Shown one piece after another: positions 29,110 through 39,300 of a stretch of DNA of 64,000 bases. The stretch covers positions 2,793-66,792 of the forward strand of contig JAAYVH010000159.1 of assembly GCA_012517255.1 (NCBI GenBank). The letters run 5' to 3'. Under the pieces are notes generated by a model that saw only the letters and a list, made by a program, of their open reading frames with translations, made no database searches and had not been told where the DNA came from. Made by a program: the position numbers and the translations under genes. This DNA is from Chthonomonadales bacterium. GTDB taxonomy: Bacteria > Armatimonadota > Chthonomonadetes > Chthonomonadales > CAJBBX01. The number at the start of each line of letters is the position of its first letter. The stretch's first letter is position 1.

Positions 29110-32100
29110 TCAGAATCGCAGGCCGATGTCGGCGTCGAGCGATCGGACGTGGTAGCTGTAGTCGGCGGTGCCTGCTGTCGTCCTGGACTGGTACTTCTGG
29201 TCGCGCCATCCGATCTGAAACTGCGTGTTGTTGCCGAGATCGAAGACGAACCCGAAGCTGAGCGTGCGCTGGATGGACGCAAGGTAGCCGGTGCTGTCCG
29301 CGCTGTCGAACTGCAGGAAGAGATTGCTGGACCACCACACCGGGTACTCCAGCCTCAGCCCATAGGCTGACAGGTTGGTGCCCCCGCTGCCAAAGTAGCC
29401 GCCGTAGCCGCCTCCATAGTAGCCGCCATACGACCCGCCGGTCTGCCCGCCCGTGGTATCGCCGGAGGTGGCGGAGGCCTTGGTGGAGGATCGCATCATG
29501 TTGTAGTTCATGGAGGCCGTCAGCTTGCCCCAGGGCCTGGAGGTAGCGTTGAGGTAGAGGCCGGAGGTAGACGTTCCGCCCTCGCTGCCGATGTAGGCCA
29601 CGCTCTGCGTCAGGATGCCACCGACGATGCTCAGGCGCTCGCCCGGATTGTAGTTGGCGCTCAGCGACAGGCTGTCGCGCTTGCTGTTGAACAGATAGTC
29701 GCCGACGCTCGATCCATTGCTCCAGTTGACATCGAAGCTCAGCGTGGGCAACGGCTGGTAGTTGGCGGTCACGTTCAGTCCGCGCGAGTTGCCGCCGAAG
29801 CTGGCAGAGCCCAGACCGTAGCCGCCGATCCCGAGCCCGCCGCTGTAGTTGCCGTAGGTGCCCAGTCCGCCGTTGACCCCGCCTCCATAGTAGCCGCTGA
29901 AGTTGCCTCCCGGATAGCCTATGGTGCCGATCTGACGCGTCGTCGACGCAGGAGCGGCAGCGCCGTTTCCGCCGGTGTAGTCGGTGTATCCGCTGAACAG
30001 CGAGTAGCCGCCCGAGGTCTGGTTCTGGTAGCCGATGGTGAGCGTGAGGTTTCGCAGCGGCTGTGCCCTCGCGTTGAGGGTGATGTCCTGTGCGTTGTTG
30101 TTGCGGCCGTCTGCGCTCTTGATCGAGCTGTTCGTCAGAATCGTGTCGAAAGAGAGCCGCTCGCCAACGCTCCAGCGAGCGCCGATGCGCGCATTGAGCG
30201 AATCGCTTCCATAGGCAGCGATCTGCGGCTCGGCGGTCCCGCCGGTGGTGTAGCGGGCGGCCGTGGAAGCGTGCTGCCGACCCAGCGAGAAGTCGAGGCT
30301 GAACTGCCCGAGGGTCTGTTGGTAGGCCAGCGTGTCCGTTTCATGCACGCTGTTGCCGCCGAGCCCCATGCGCGTACCCATCTCATTGCGTGTGTAGCTC
30401 AGCGTGCCGCCGCGGGGCATCTGCCAGTTAGCCCGCAGCGTTGTCATGCTGAAGTCGTCTATGCCGGCGGCCGGGGCGATGCCCGACGAGCCGACGGACG
30501 TGCTGTAGCTGTAGGCGGGACGTTTGGTCCGCTCGACGGTTGCGTTGATCTTGAGCTTCGGGCTCGCCTCATAGTCGGCCGACAGCGACACGCCCCGATC
30601 GTTACGTCGGAAGCCCGGGCTCTGGATGGCGGTGAAGTTCGCGCCGATGTTTTTCAGCGTCCAGTTCAGGCGCAGCTTGTCGCCGGGTAGGCGCATGTCG
30701 CTGCGAATCTGCCAGGCGTTGCTGCCCGCTCCCTGGCCCGTGAGACTGAGCGAGCTCTGAGCCATTTCCGCGGTGATGGTGCCCAGTTTGCCCAAGGACG
30801 TTGTGACGTCCAGCCCCAGCACCGAGCGATCGCCGGACGTCCCGTCGCCGGATGCTGGCCGATAGACGATCCGGATGATCTGCGTGCTGGGTATGGCCAT
30901 CTTGAAGTACACGCGGTTGGGCAGCAGCGGGTCGAGGACATAGTCGGTGCCGTAGGCTTGAGGCAGGCCCGACACAGTGACTGTCATCGGATAGACGGGC
31001 ACGCAGCCCGTGATCTTTCCCTCTTCGTCCCGGATGAGCGTCACCTCGACAGGTAGTTCGAGGACATACGGCGCCGTCGCGCTGTTGTAGCCGTAGAACT
31101 GCTCCGTCTTGGTGGCTGTGCGGTTGGCAGATCGATTCTCGGTCTGGGTGAGATACGTGACGCCCAGTCGGGCGGGCTTCAGGGCTGTCACGTCGGCGCG
31201 CCAGCCCGTGAGAAGACCGGGCGACTGATTGTAGCCGTACGTTTCGAAGGTGACCGCGATGGTGTCGAGCTCATGCACGATCAGCCCGTTGAGGAAGTTC
31301 AGCTCGCCGGTGTAGGGGTCCATCGTGTAGTCCTGCCCGAGGATCATGTCGCGGTTGTTGACCCGGACGCGGGCGCTGCCGTCCACCACCTGACCGGCGA
31401 AGACGTAGTAGGGTCCCGAGCGGTTCGCGCCGTTGATCACGATGGTGCGGGTCTGGGCCTTCTCCTGACTGTACAGCGTGCTCACCTTGACGCCGGGCGC
31501 CACATTGGCCGACATCGTGACGCCGGTGAGCGAGCGGCTGAAGTCCACCAGCGAGTTGCCCGTGACGCCCGCCTGAATGTCGCCAGCTTCGATGCTGAAT
31601 CCCCGCGAGGCGTAGCTGAGCTTGATCCGGTTGTCGTAGGGGTTGCCGTAGACGTTATCGGTGTAGCGCGTCTCGAACGATACGAGACCGAGGACTTTGC
31701 CCGATATGGTCACGTCGGTGTCCGTGTAGCCGCCGCCCATCGAGCGCCGCCCGTAGTACGTGGAGTTGTCGTAGGAGTCCCTGCTCCCCGAGATGGCCTC
31801 GGCATGATACCGGAGGTTGTGCTGGCCGGTGATCTTGAGGTCCGAGCGGGTGACAGTGCCCAGGTTCCGCAGCCATCGCTGGACGCCGTTCAGAAAGCCG
31901 AACGGGTTCCGCAGAGAGGTGTGCGACGAGCCAAGGCCACTCGCACCCGCATCCGGCCTGGGCGGCCCGGAGACTGCCGCACCGGTTCTCTGCCCCGACG
32001 AGGTCGGCAGAGCGTTCAGGGCGTCCCACAGGGTCTCATCCGCCGAGGCGACGCCGGGGAATGCCGCTATGGCAAGGACGTACGCGAGCCGAACCATGCG

Positions 32101-32184
32101 CTGCGTCAGCAATCGGGATCCGGCGCGGCGTCGTGCCGGTTGTTCGTGCGACCTTCGCGCTGTAGCGCTGCTCCTGCCGATCAT
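29110..32184 (-). CDS. very large outer-membrane beta-barrel protein, unassigned family
   Basis: Signal peptide ...MVRLAYVLAIAAFPGVASADE. There are dozens of amphipathic beta-strand-like segments (LSLSANYNPGERLSIVG, LNVTANYQPLPTLSFDVNWS, ITLNARAQPLRNLTLTIGYQN) and Gly/Tyr/Ser/Asn-rich loops. The C-terminus ends in a canonical beta-signal, LDADIGLRF. Candidate starts are ATG 32184 (GGAGGAG just upstream) or ATG 32097. The ORF-track start at 32385 overlaps csaB. Confidence 0.6.
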   Translation of the reverse strand: MIGRSSATARRSHEQPARRRAGSRLLTQRMVRLAYVLAIAAFPGVASADETLWDALNALPTSSGQRTGAAVSGPPRPDAGASGLGSSHTSLRNPFGFLNGVQRWLRNLGTVTRSDLKITGQHNLRYHAEAISGSRDSYDNSTYYGRRSMGGGYTDTDVTISGKVLGLVSFETRYTDNVYGNPYDNRIKLSYASRGFSIEAGDIQAGVTGNSLVDFSRSLTGVTMSANVAPGVKVSTLYSQEKAQTRTIVINGANRSGPYYVFAGQVVDGSARVRVNNRDMILGQDYTMDPYTGELNFLNGLIVHELDTIAVTFETYGYNQSPGLLTGWRADVTALKPARLGVTYLTQTENRSANRTATKTEQFYGYNSATAPYVLELPVEVTLIRDEEGKITGCVPVYPMTVTVSGLPQAYGTDYVLDPLLPNRVYFKMAIPSTQIIRIVYRPASGDGTSGDRSVLGLDVTTSLGKLGTITAEMAQSSLSLTGQGAGSNAWQIRSDMRLPGDKLRLNWTLKNIGANFTAIQSPGFRRNDRGVSLSADYEASPKLKINATVERTKRPAYSYSTSVGSSGIAPAAGIDDFSMTTLRANWQMPRGGTLSYTRNEMGTRMGLGGNSVHETDTLAYQQTLGQFSLDFSLGRQHASTAARYTTGGTAEPQIAAYGSDSLNARIGARWSVGERLSFDTILTNSSIKSADGRNNNAQDITLNARAQPLRNLTLTIGYQNQTSGGYSLFSGYTDYTGGNGAAAPASTTRQIGTIGYPGGNFSGYYGGGVNGGLGTYGNYSGGLGIGGYGLGSASFGGNSRGLNVTANYQPLPTLSFDVNWSNGSSVGDYLFNSKRDSLSLSANYNPGERLSIVGGILTQSVAYIGSEGGTSTSGLYLNATSRPWGKLTASMNYNMMRSSTKASATSGDTTGGQTGGSYGGYYGGGYGGYFGSGGTNLSAYGLRLEYPVWWSSNLFLQFDSADSTGYLASIQRTLSFGFVFDLGNNTQFQIGWRDQKYQSRTTAGTADYSYHVRSLDADIGLRF

Positions 32185-32230
32185 ACTCCTCCGTGCCGCG
32201 GCTCGATGCCTGCGGACGTACGCCGGAACA

Positions 32231-33349
32231 TCAGGCGCTGACTCCCAGATGCCGAACGACGCGCTCTGCGTTGGCGTAGGCCTCCGTGCGCAGCCGCTCG
32301 ACTGCAGCCGATAGCCTCTCGCGGGAGGCGGCATCCGCCATGGCCCGCTCAACGGCATCCGCCACCAGTTCCGACCTTGCTTCATTCAATCCTGTAACGT
32401 AATCTGACTGCCCCAGCGTTTCCATAAACGCATGCACTTTTGGATCATAGGCGATTCCCACGAGGGCCGCTCCGCCCATTGCGCCGAAGATGAGGGCATG
32501 GAGGCGCATGGCCACCACCGACTCCATTGCCGCGCACGCGGTGATGTTCCCTGCGAAGTTCTCCGACAGTACGGAGGCTCCCACGGGGCAGGGATCGCAC
32601 AGCGGCCGATCCTGGACTGCCTGCATGGGCATGAGCGCGACGCCATAGCCGCGAGCCATCAGGCTGCGTGCCAACGATGAGACGAGGGATGCCACGTCGG
32701 CGTTCGCCCATGGTCGGGGCGCAAGACCCACCACGGGTCGCGACACGTCGGCTCCTGCTCGGCGCAGCAGGCTCAGGCCCTCCTCGCGCGATGGCTGTTC
32801 CAGTGCGAAGGCCGGATCCGAGGTGACATGGATGTCGTCTCGTGCGACGCCGATCTGCACAAGAAGGTCCCTGGAGCGCTCGTCTCGGACCGAGACATAC
32901 GCCGCCGGACCGATGACGCGCCGGACCAACCATCGGGAAGTCCTCCGCCGCAACGGGCCGATGCCCTGAGCGTAGACCACCACCGGCTTCCCCAGGCGGT
33001 GGGCCATGCGCAGGATCCACGCGTAATAGACCACGGATCGTAGGCTCGTAGCATCCTGAAAGAGACTGCCGCCGCCCGAAATGAGCGCACTCGCATCGTG
33101 GATCGCGCGCCGGACCTGCCTCATGTCCATGCGGGGGACCGCGCCCACTCCATGATCCTGTTCGGTAGCCTGAGGATCGGCGCTGAGGGCCGTAAAGGCT
33201 GATCGCTCGACGCCCGCCTGCGCGAATGCCCGCAGCATGCCGGCGAGAACTGCCTCGTCGCCGGCGTTCCCGAAGCCGTAGTAACCTGAAACTACCAGCC
33301 GCACGAACGCATCAGCCCGTCGACGACGGCGAGGGCTCGGCGCGGCCAC
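32231..33349 (-). CDS. csaB: polysaccharide pyruvyl transferase CsaB
   Basis: N-terminus VVSGYYGFGNAGDEAVLAGML, then GGGSLFQDATS and the conserved C-terminal MRLHALIF block. A GTG at 33304 would remove the overlap with the upstream gene. Confidence 0.8.
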   Translation of the reverse strand: MAAPSPRRRRRADAFVRLVVSGYYGFGNAGDEAVLAGMLRAFAQAGVERSAFTALSADPQATEQDHGVGAVPRMDMRQVRRAIHDASALISGGGSLFQDATSLRSVVYYAWILRMAHRLGKPVVVYAQGIGPLRRRTSRWLVRRVIGPAAYVSVRDERSRDLLVQIGVARDDIHVTSDPAFALEQPSREEGLSLLRRAGADVSRPVVGLAPRPWANADVASLVSSLARSLMARGYGVALMPMQAVQDRPLCDPCPVGASVLSENFAGNITACAAMESVVAMRLHALIFGAMGGAALVGIAYDPKVHAFMETLGQSDYVTGLNEARSELVADAVERAMADAASRERLSAAVERLRTEAYANAERVVRHLGVSA

Positions 33350-35303
33350 GAGCCAGGCGCGCCACTATCGCAAGCGCCATGGCGCCCAATGCCGCGCCCA
33401 GCGCCAGCCCGACTGCCACCCGCATGGCCGAAAGCACGAGCGGCGTGTGGATGTGGCAGAACGTATTGAGGACCGAGACCTGCCCGATGGCAGCGATGAC
33501 GGCAAGCGGAGCGGCCCACCGCCGCCGCCCCATGGCCGCCAGACCGATGGCCAGAATCCACGCCGGATGGCCCAGCAGAAACTCCTTGGTGCGCGGCCGA
33601 ATGGGAAGCGCGGCATCGAGCAGTGCGCGGGCTCGCAGCTCCATGCCGGACACGCCCACCCCGGGCTCGTTGCCCGTCCTCGCGACCGCCAGCATGAGCG
33701 CCACCAGAATGATCAGCCCGAGGGCCATGGCCCAGACAAGGACCGGTTGCCCGAGGAATGCCTGCGCGCGACTCGCCATGCGAGCCCTGACCTTGTCCAG
33801 AGCCTCACCGGGATCGGGCAGCCCCGTGACCAGCAAGATCGCGATGATAGCGATCGGCAGGGCATGCGCCGCTTTGATGCCGAGGAACTGCGTGGTCCTG
33901 AGCATGAACGGACGGGAGGCCAGCAATCCCACGACGGTGGCTATGCCGAGCGATGTCACCAGCGTCGCTTCGATCAGCGAGCGTACAGCATGCAGAAGGG
34001 GTTGGCGCCGTTCCGTCGCGTCTTCCGAGTGGATCATCCGGACGAGCGGCAGACAGGCGAGCGTCGGCGCAGCGATCGCCGCCAACAGGGCCACCACGCG
34101 CCGCCCGGACTCTCCGGCGCACGCGGCTGCGGCGCAAACCAGCGGCGCCAGGAGCGCCCACCACAGCCATCGCCGTCCGGCGCACGGGAGCACGCTCAGC
34201 GCAAGCCAGGCTGCCAGCGAGCCTGCGGCCATGCCGGCGAGGCCAAAGGCCCATACCGGAGCGCCCGTCGCTTCAAACGGCTTCGGATCCCCTGGCCGGA
34301 TCAGGCCGCCCCGCTCCATGCCCTTCACGATCCGGCCGATGTACCGGACGTTGCGCTCCACCGAATCCGAACCCGCGAACGTGACGAGGCGAACGTAGAT
34401 CATCCTGATGTTCCGCTCTCGCGCCGCTCGGACGAAACGGTCCACGGCATCGTCCTCGCTCAGCGTGCCCATTTCGCCTTCGGATATGCTGTGCACCCGG
34501 ACGTACCGAGAGTCCAGGGCGCGCGCGAGACGGTCATCCCCCTTCTGCTTGCCGAACTCCACCTGGCCCCACAGAACGCCGGCGCTCTCGAGTGCCTCGG
34601 CAGCCTCCTTCGCAGCGCCATAGTGTCCGAGCACCTCGGTGCCGGTGCATATCACGGTGTCCGCGCCTGAGGCCCGGATCGCCGACAGAACCTGCGTCAC
34701 GGTCATGCGCGTTGCGCCCGCGAAGTTGGATATCCGAGCAACACATGTGAGCCCGGCGGATCGAACCGTCGCCACGGCGTCAGGCGGCAAGCCGACGCCG
34801 ACGGTGCGAACTGCAGGATAGGAGGCGAGGAACCGCACGTAGCCAGCCGCCTGTTCGGCGGATCCGGACCGCGGCGCGGCTGCCCATAGGAGCACAGTCG
34901 GAATGTCGGACGGTGTCGTCTCGTGGGCGACCGTCATGCCGCGCATCCTGAGATTGGCTGATACCCGCTCGAAGGTGGCGGCGTCGCGCAACTGCAGCAC
35001 CGTCATGGCGCCGGAGGCGCTCACATCGGCGCGGCCCGTGTCCACGAGGTCCTGCACCGTGTCTTCCGTGACGGCTACCCCCGTGACGCCGACTCGTTTC
35101 AGGTGGAACAGCGTGTCGGCTATGGGCACGCCCGATGCAGTCGCCAAGCGCGCGGCCTCCGCAAAGTCCACCACCACCGCGACGCGGCGATTGCGCTGTT
35201 CCACCCGATACCGAAGACTCGCGGCAAACAGCGCAGCCGCAACGCCAACCGCGAGCATTACAACGAGCGACACGCGCCATGGGGCGCGGGACTCAGAAGT
35301 CAT
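33312..35303 (-). CDS. polytopic membrane protein with N-terminal extracytoplasmic domain (DUF5693-like; secondary cell-wall polymer biogenesis candidate)
   Basis: One N-terminal TM helix, a ~330-aa soluble domain (VAVVVDFAEA...GVTGVAVTEDT...), then about 9 or more TM helices. Its position directly upstream of csaB matches my recollection of the DUF5693 family. This has not been checked with an HMM. Confidence 0.5.
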   Translation of the reverse strand: MTSESRAPWRVSLVVMLAVGVAAALFAASLRYRVEQRNRRVAVVVDFAEAARLATASGVPIADTLFHLKRVGVTGVAVTEDTVQDLVDTGRADVSASGAMTVLQLRDAATFERVSANLRMRGMTVAHETTPSDIPTVLLWAAAPRSGSAEQAAGYVRFLASYPAVRTVGVGLPPDAVATVRSAGLTCVARISNFAGATRMTVTQVLSAIRASGADTVICTGTEVLGHYGAAKEAAEALESAGVLWGQVEFGKQKGDDRLARALDSRYVRVHSISEGEMGTLSEDDAVDRFVRAARERNIRMIYVRLVTFAGSDSVERNVRYIGRIVKGMERGGLIRPGDPKPFEATGAPVWAFGLAGMAAGSLAAWLALSVLPCAGRRWLWWALLAPLVCAAAACAGESGRRVVALLAAIAAPTLACLPLVRMIHSEDATERRQPLLHAVRSLIEATLVTSLGIATVVGLLASRPFMLRTTQFLGIKAAHALPIAIIAILLVTGLPDPGEALDKVRARMASRAQAFLGQPVLVWAMALGLIILVALMLAVARTGNEPGVGVSGMELRARALLDAALPIRPRTKEFLLGHPAWILAIGLAAMGRRRWAAPLAVIAAIGQVSVLNTFCHIHTPLVLSAMRVAVGLALGAALGAMALAIVARLARGRAEPSPSSTG

Positions 35304-36033
35304 CGTAATATCGGCCTCTCGAGCGTCGGGTCAGATTGCGGCCTCCCAGCATTGTCACCAGCAGCAGACCGCATACGAAGCCTCCCGCATGGGCGGCGTA
35401 GGCGACGCCTCCGCCGCGCAGCTCGCCGCCGCCGAACCAGTTCACGTTGAGGAACTGGATGACGGCCCAGAAGCCGATGACGATCACCGCGGGAACCTCC
35501 ATAAGCGTGCTGAAGAACATCACCGGCACGAGCGCCAGCACGCGGGCATGCGGAAACAGAATGAGATAGGCCCCCATGACGCCGGCCACGGCTCCGCTGG
35601 CGCCGACCGTGGGTATGTCGGACTGAGGCCCTGTGACGATATGGGCGGCTGCCGCCCCGACGCCGCACACGAGGTAGAAGACGATGAAGCCCAGGTGCCC
35701 CAGCGTGTCCTCAACGTTGTTGCCGAAGATCCACAGGTAGAGCATGTTGCCCAGAATGTGGAGCCAGTTGGCATGGAGGAACATGGACGTGAACACCGTG
35801 AGCCATGCCATGCCGAGGTCTGAGGTGATCTCGGAAGGCACCATGGCGTAGTGATCGGCGAAGCCGCCGATCTGGCGCTGGTAGACCATGATCCCATCCG
35901 GCGTCAGCGCGCGAACGATCTCAACCCGACGCGACAGGATGTCCAGCACGAAGACGCCGACATTCACGCAGATGAGCATGAGCGTGACCGCCGGAAAGCG
36001 ACGCGTCGGATTGCTGTCGCGAAGAGGAATCAT
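35293..36033 (-). CDS. rhomboid-family intramembrane serine protease
   Basis: HANWLHILGNMLYLWIFG, GASGAVAGVMGAYL (catalytic Ser) and HAGGFVCG (catalytic His) are present. The ORF-track start at 36090 is an extension. Confidence 0.85.
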   Translation of the reverse strand: MIPLRDSNPTRRFPAVTLMLICVNVGVFVLDILSRRVEIVRALTPDGIMVYQRQIGGFADHYAMVPSEITSDLGMAWLTVFTSMFLHANWLHILGNMLYLWIFGNNVEDTLGHLGFIVFYLVCGVGAAAAHIVTGPQSDIPTVGASGAVAGVMGAYLILFPHARVLALVPVMFFSTLMEVPAVIVIGFWAVIQFLNVNWFGGGELRGGGVAYAAHAGGFVCGLLLVTMLGGRNLTRRSRGRYYDDF

Positions 36034-36113
36034 GATGGTTGCTCGCGGGCATTCTGACACACATGCTCGCCCGTGAGCAACCGCGCGCATAGTGAGACGA
36101 TTGGCGGCTCGTT

Positions 36114-36373
36114 GGGGCGAATCAAGCGCCGAACGGAGCCGCGATGAAGACGGACGCGGTACGACGCGGTTGGTTCGCCCAGTTCAAGCCGTGACGGCCG
36201 CCGCCAATCGGAACGAGGGCGTACCAGCCGGTTCTGGGCTCGGGCCGTGTGTTCGCGACATCGGCGCCCCGGCTGACACGCCCCTACGCACCGTCGGCAG
36301 CCCGTAGGGGCGAATCAACCGCCGAACGGAGCCGCGATGAAGACGGACGCGATACGACGCGGTTGGTTCGCCC
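36114..36373. repeat. structured REP-like repeat, about 1.4 copies (same family as 51894-52093 and 52333-52531)
   Basis: Module a is a long hairpin, GGGCGAATCAAGCGC (36115-36129) pairing with GCGGTTGGTTCGCCC (36166-36180). Module b contains GGGCGTACCAGCCGGTT. Module c ends CGCCCCTACG (36279-36288), which pairs with CGTAGGGGCG (36303-36312) at the start of a second module a (36307-36373). Confidence 0.8.
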
Positions 36374-36389
36374 GCGCAACGGTACGACC

Positions 36390-39300
36390 CTACAGGATGT
36401 TCAGCGTTCCCTCTCCGTAACCGGGCTCGAGCCACGCGTCGCCATAGAACTCGCACCGGATCGTGTGGGCGCCGATCGGATCTACGGCAGGGTACGAATG
36501 CCGCGCAACACCCGAGCCGTCTGTCAGCACCGAGACGATCACCGTGCCGTCGAGTTTGAAATCCACGGGCTTGCTGGTCTGGGGCTGGTAGTCCTTGAGG
36601 CGCCGGAAGTAGGCGTAGAACGGAGCATTGTCGCCTTGCTTCACCGACTTGCTCAGCACCCAGATGTAGACGAGCGCCTTCTGGACCGTCAGCTTCGCGG
36701 TCACCGAGGAGGCCAGGAAGCCGCCGTCGCCCGCCCATTCGGCGCGGATCGTGCGAATGCCTGCGCCGTTCCCGTCCGGTATCGTGTAGGGGACCTGCGC
36801 GCGCCCGGTGTAGATGGTGGTGTCCGTTCCCACGACGGTGCCGTCCACCTTGATGGTGACAAGCTTGCCGGGCACCGGCGTGTTATCGAGCTTCCAGAGC
36901 CACGCCCGGAGCACCTGATAGGAGGTGATGCGCCCGGTGCGATCAATGCTGGACATCTTCGTGGGCACGGTCTGTGCCGTCAGAGTCGCGTTGGCGCTGG
37001 AGCTGTTGTAGGTCACGTCGCCCGCGAACTCCGTCGTGATGGTACGCGTGGCAGGCCCATCGGTGATGATCCAGTCCAGCGAGGAATCGCCGCCGTCGTT
37101 GGTGGTCGCGGTGCCGACCTGTGTGCCGTCGATTCTGTACCGTATCGTCTTGCCGGACAGCAACTGATTGTCTGTGAGACGCTTGAGGTCGAACTGCCGC
37201 AGGATGGTCAGCGTGGTGATGATGCCGCTCCGGTCGATGGTGTACTGGGTCGTGTTGGCCTTCGTGACCGTCAGCGTTCCGGATCCTGAGGACGAAGCGT
37301 ACTCGCTGTCGCTGGTGTAGGAGGCGCTGATCGTGCGACTGGCCGCACCGTCGGGCACGGCGTAGCTCGCCTGCGCCACTCCCGAAGCGTCCGTCGTTCC
37401 CGATCCGGCAGCGGAGCCGTCCACGGTGAACTGCACGGTCTTGCCCGCAATGGGGGCGCCGTTGCTCTGTCTGGTTAGCGTGGCCGCGAGCGTCACGCTC
37501 TCACCGGGTGCGCCGGAGGCCGGAGCAACCGCCAGACTGGTCGGTATCTTGGACAGCGTGAAATCGGCGTTGCTGGTGTCCGTTGCCGGACCGGAGGCGC
37601 TGCTCACTTTCACGCGGTAGTCTGTGCCGGCGGGCAGGTTGGTGGCGATGTCCCAGGAGAACGAGCCGGCGCCGCCGGAGCCGACGGGGGCCGACGCCGC
37701 CAGCGTCTTCTGGAGCACGCCGCCCTTGAACAGCTCGATCTTAACATCGGCGCCCGGCGAGCCGGTGTAGGTCCATGTGATGTCGCGGGTGTCGCCGAGC
37801 TGCCAGTTCTCTCCGCCGTTCGGCGAGGTCACGGTAATCGAAGCCGAGGCGCTGTACGTCAGCGCCCACGCGCCGGAGCCCGACACTCTCTTGATGACAA
37901 TGTAGGCGGTTCCGCTCGCGGCGGGCGTGTGGACGATGCTCTCGTCGGTCCCTGCTGACGCCGACGTGCTGGACGCCAGGATAATCGGATTGCCGTAGGC
38001 GTCGGGCGTGCCGGAATAGAGATAGAGATCGTAGTCTGCGCCTGGCGGCACGTCGAGCGACAGCGTGATCTGATCGCCCGATGTCAGACTGGTCTTGCGG
38101 GCCCAGGCCCTGCGATCGAACGCCGTTCCGGTCGTGGTCCCGTTGATGGTGTCGCCCGGCGACATGACCTGATAGGCGGCTTCCACAGCCGCATCCGTGT
38201 TGAGAAGGCCATAGCCCTCATACATGTCCTTGGGTGTGGCGGCTCGGCCCAGGGTGGGGTTGTTCGTTCCGCCCTCTCGGTTGGCGTTGGTCTCGGTTGC
38301 GGTGGCGCAGAGGAGCATCTTGACAAGACGCGGATGGGCGTCTCCGGTGAAGCTCCACGTCAACCCGCCGGCTTCCAGCGCCTGAATCACCAACGCCGCC
38401 GCTCCCGCTGCGAAAGGCGACGATGACGAGGTGCCCCGCTTGTTGGTGTAGTCGTTGGCATAGACATCGGCGAAAGTGTTGCTGCCGGCGTCCGATTGGT
38501 TGGAGTCCGGCGCGAGGATGTGCGAGTTGTACTTCGAGCCGCCCGGCGGAGCCAGATCCGGCTTGTAGTCGGTGTTCCATTCCTGCGTGAAGTTGCCGGT
38601 CGAGCTGTAGTCGGTCAGCACATTGGCGTCGCTGGATGCGGCGGTAGTGATCGCCATCTGGGCTCGAGCGGGATCGGTCATGACGCCGGTCGGGCCTGCG
38701 TTGCCTGCCGAGGTAACCACGATGAGCCCGTTGCCGACGGTGCTGTTGACCTTGTTGCGGATGCCGGAGTGAGCCGAGGCGGTGCTCAGGCTGATGTTGA
38801 CCACCTTGATGCCGTAGGTCGAAGCGTAGGCAACGCACTCGTCGAGGGCGTAACCGATGGTGGTGGTATCCCCTCCTCCTCCGTCATTAGCGTAGACTTT
38901 GTGGCCCACCCAGTAGCACCCGGGCGCGACGCCGCTCAATGCCGGGAAGCCGTCGCCGACACCGGCATAGGTCACGCTCGCCGCGGTGGCATAGCGCGTG
39001 ACCGTCGAGCCCGACACCTTGGTCAGGTAGGTCGAGTAATGCCGGTTGGACTGCGCGGTGAAGCTCGCCGTCACGGTGCGGGGCGATGTCCCGGTGGAGG
39101 TGGGGGTACCGAGCGTGTAGGAATAGGCATTGTCATCGCCATACACGTAACCCAGCGTCGCCTGGCCTCCGCCGAGGAATGTGGCGGTCATGCTCAGGGT
39201 TGCGCTGCCCGCGGGCAGATGGAGCGGCCAGGGCTGGAAGCTGCCGGCCGACACGCTCGAGAGGTCCCCATAGTCGGTGATGCGCAGGGTGGTAGGTGAA

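Noticed and set aside
31800-32100. Looked for an SLH domain at the N-terminus of the giant barrel, because of the adjacent csaB.
   Set aside because: After the signal peptide the sequence (DETLWDALNALPTSSGQRTGAAVSGPPRPDAG...) shows none of the SLH hallmarks that I can recognise. Absence by eye is not proof.
33226-34670. Two overlapping + strand ORFs (390 aa and 407 aa).
   Set aside because: They are antisense to the DUF5693-like membrane protein gene. Their translations are Arg/Ala/Pro-rich with no hydrophobic or catalytic pattern.
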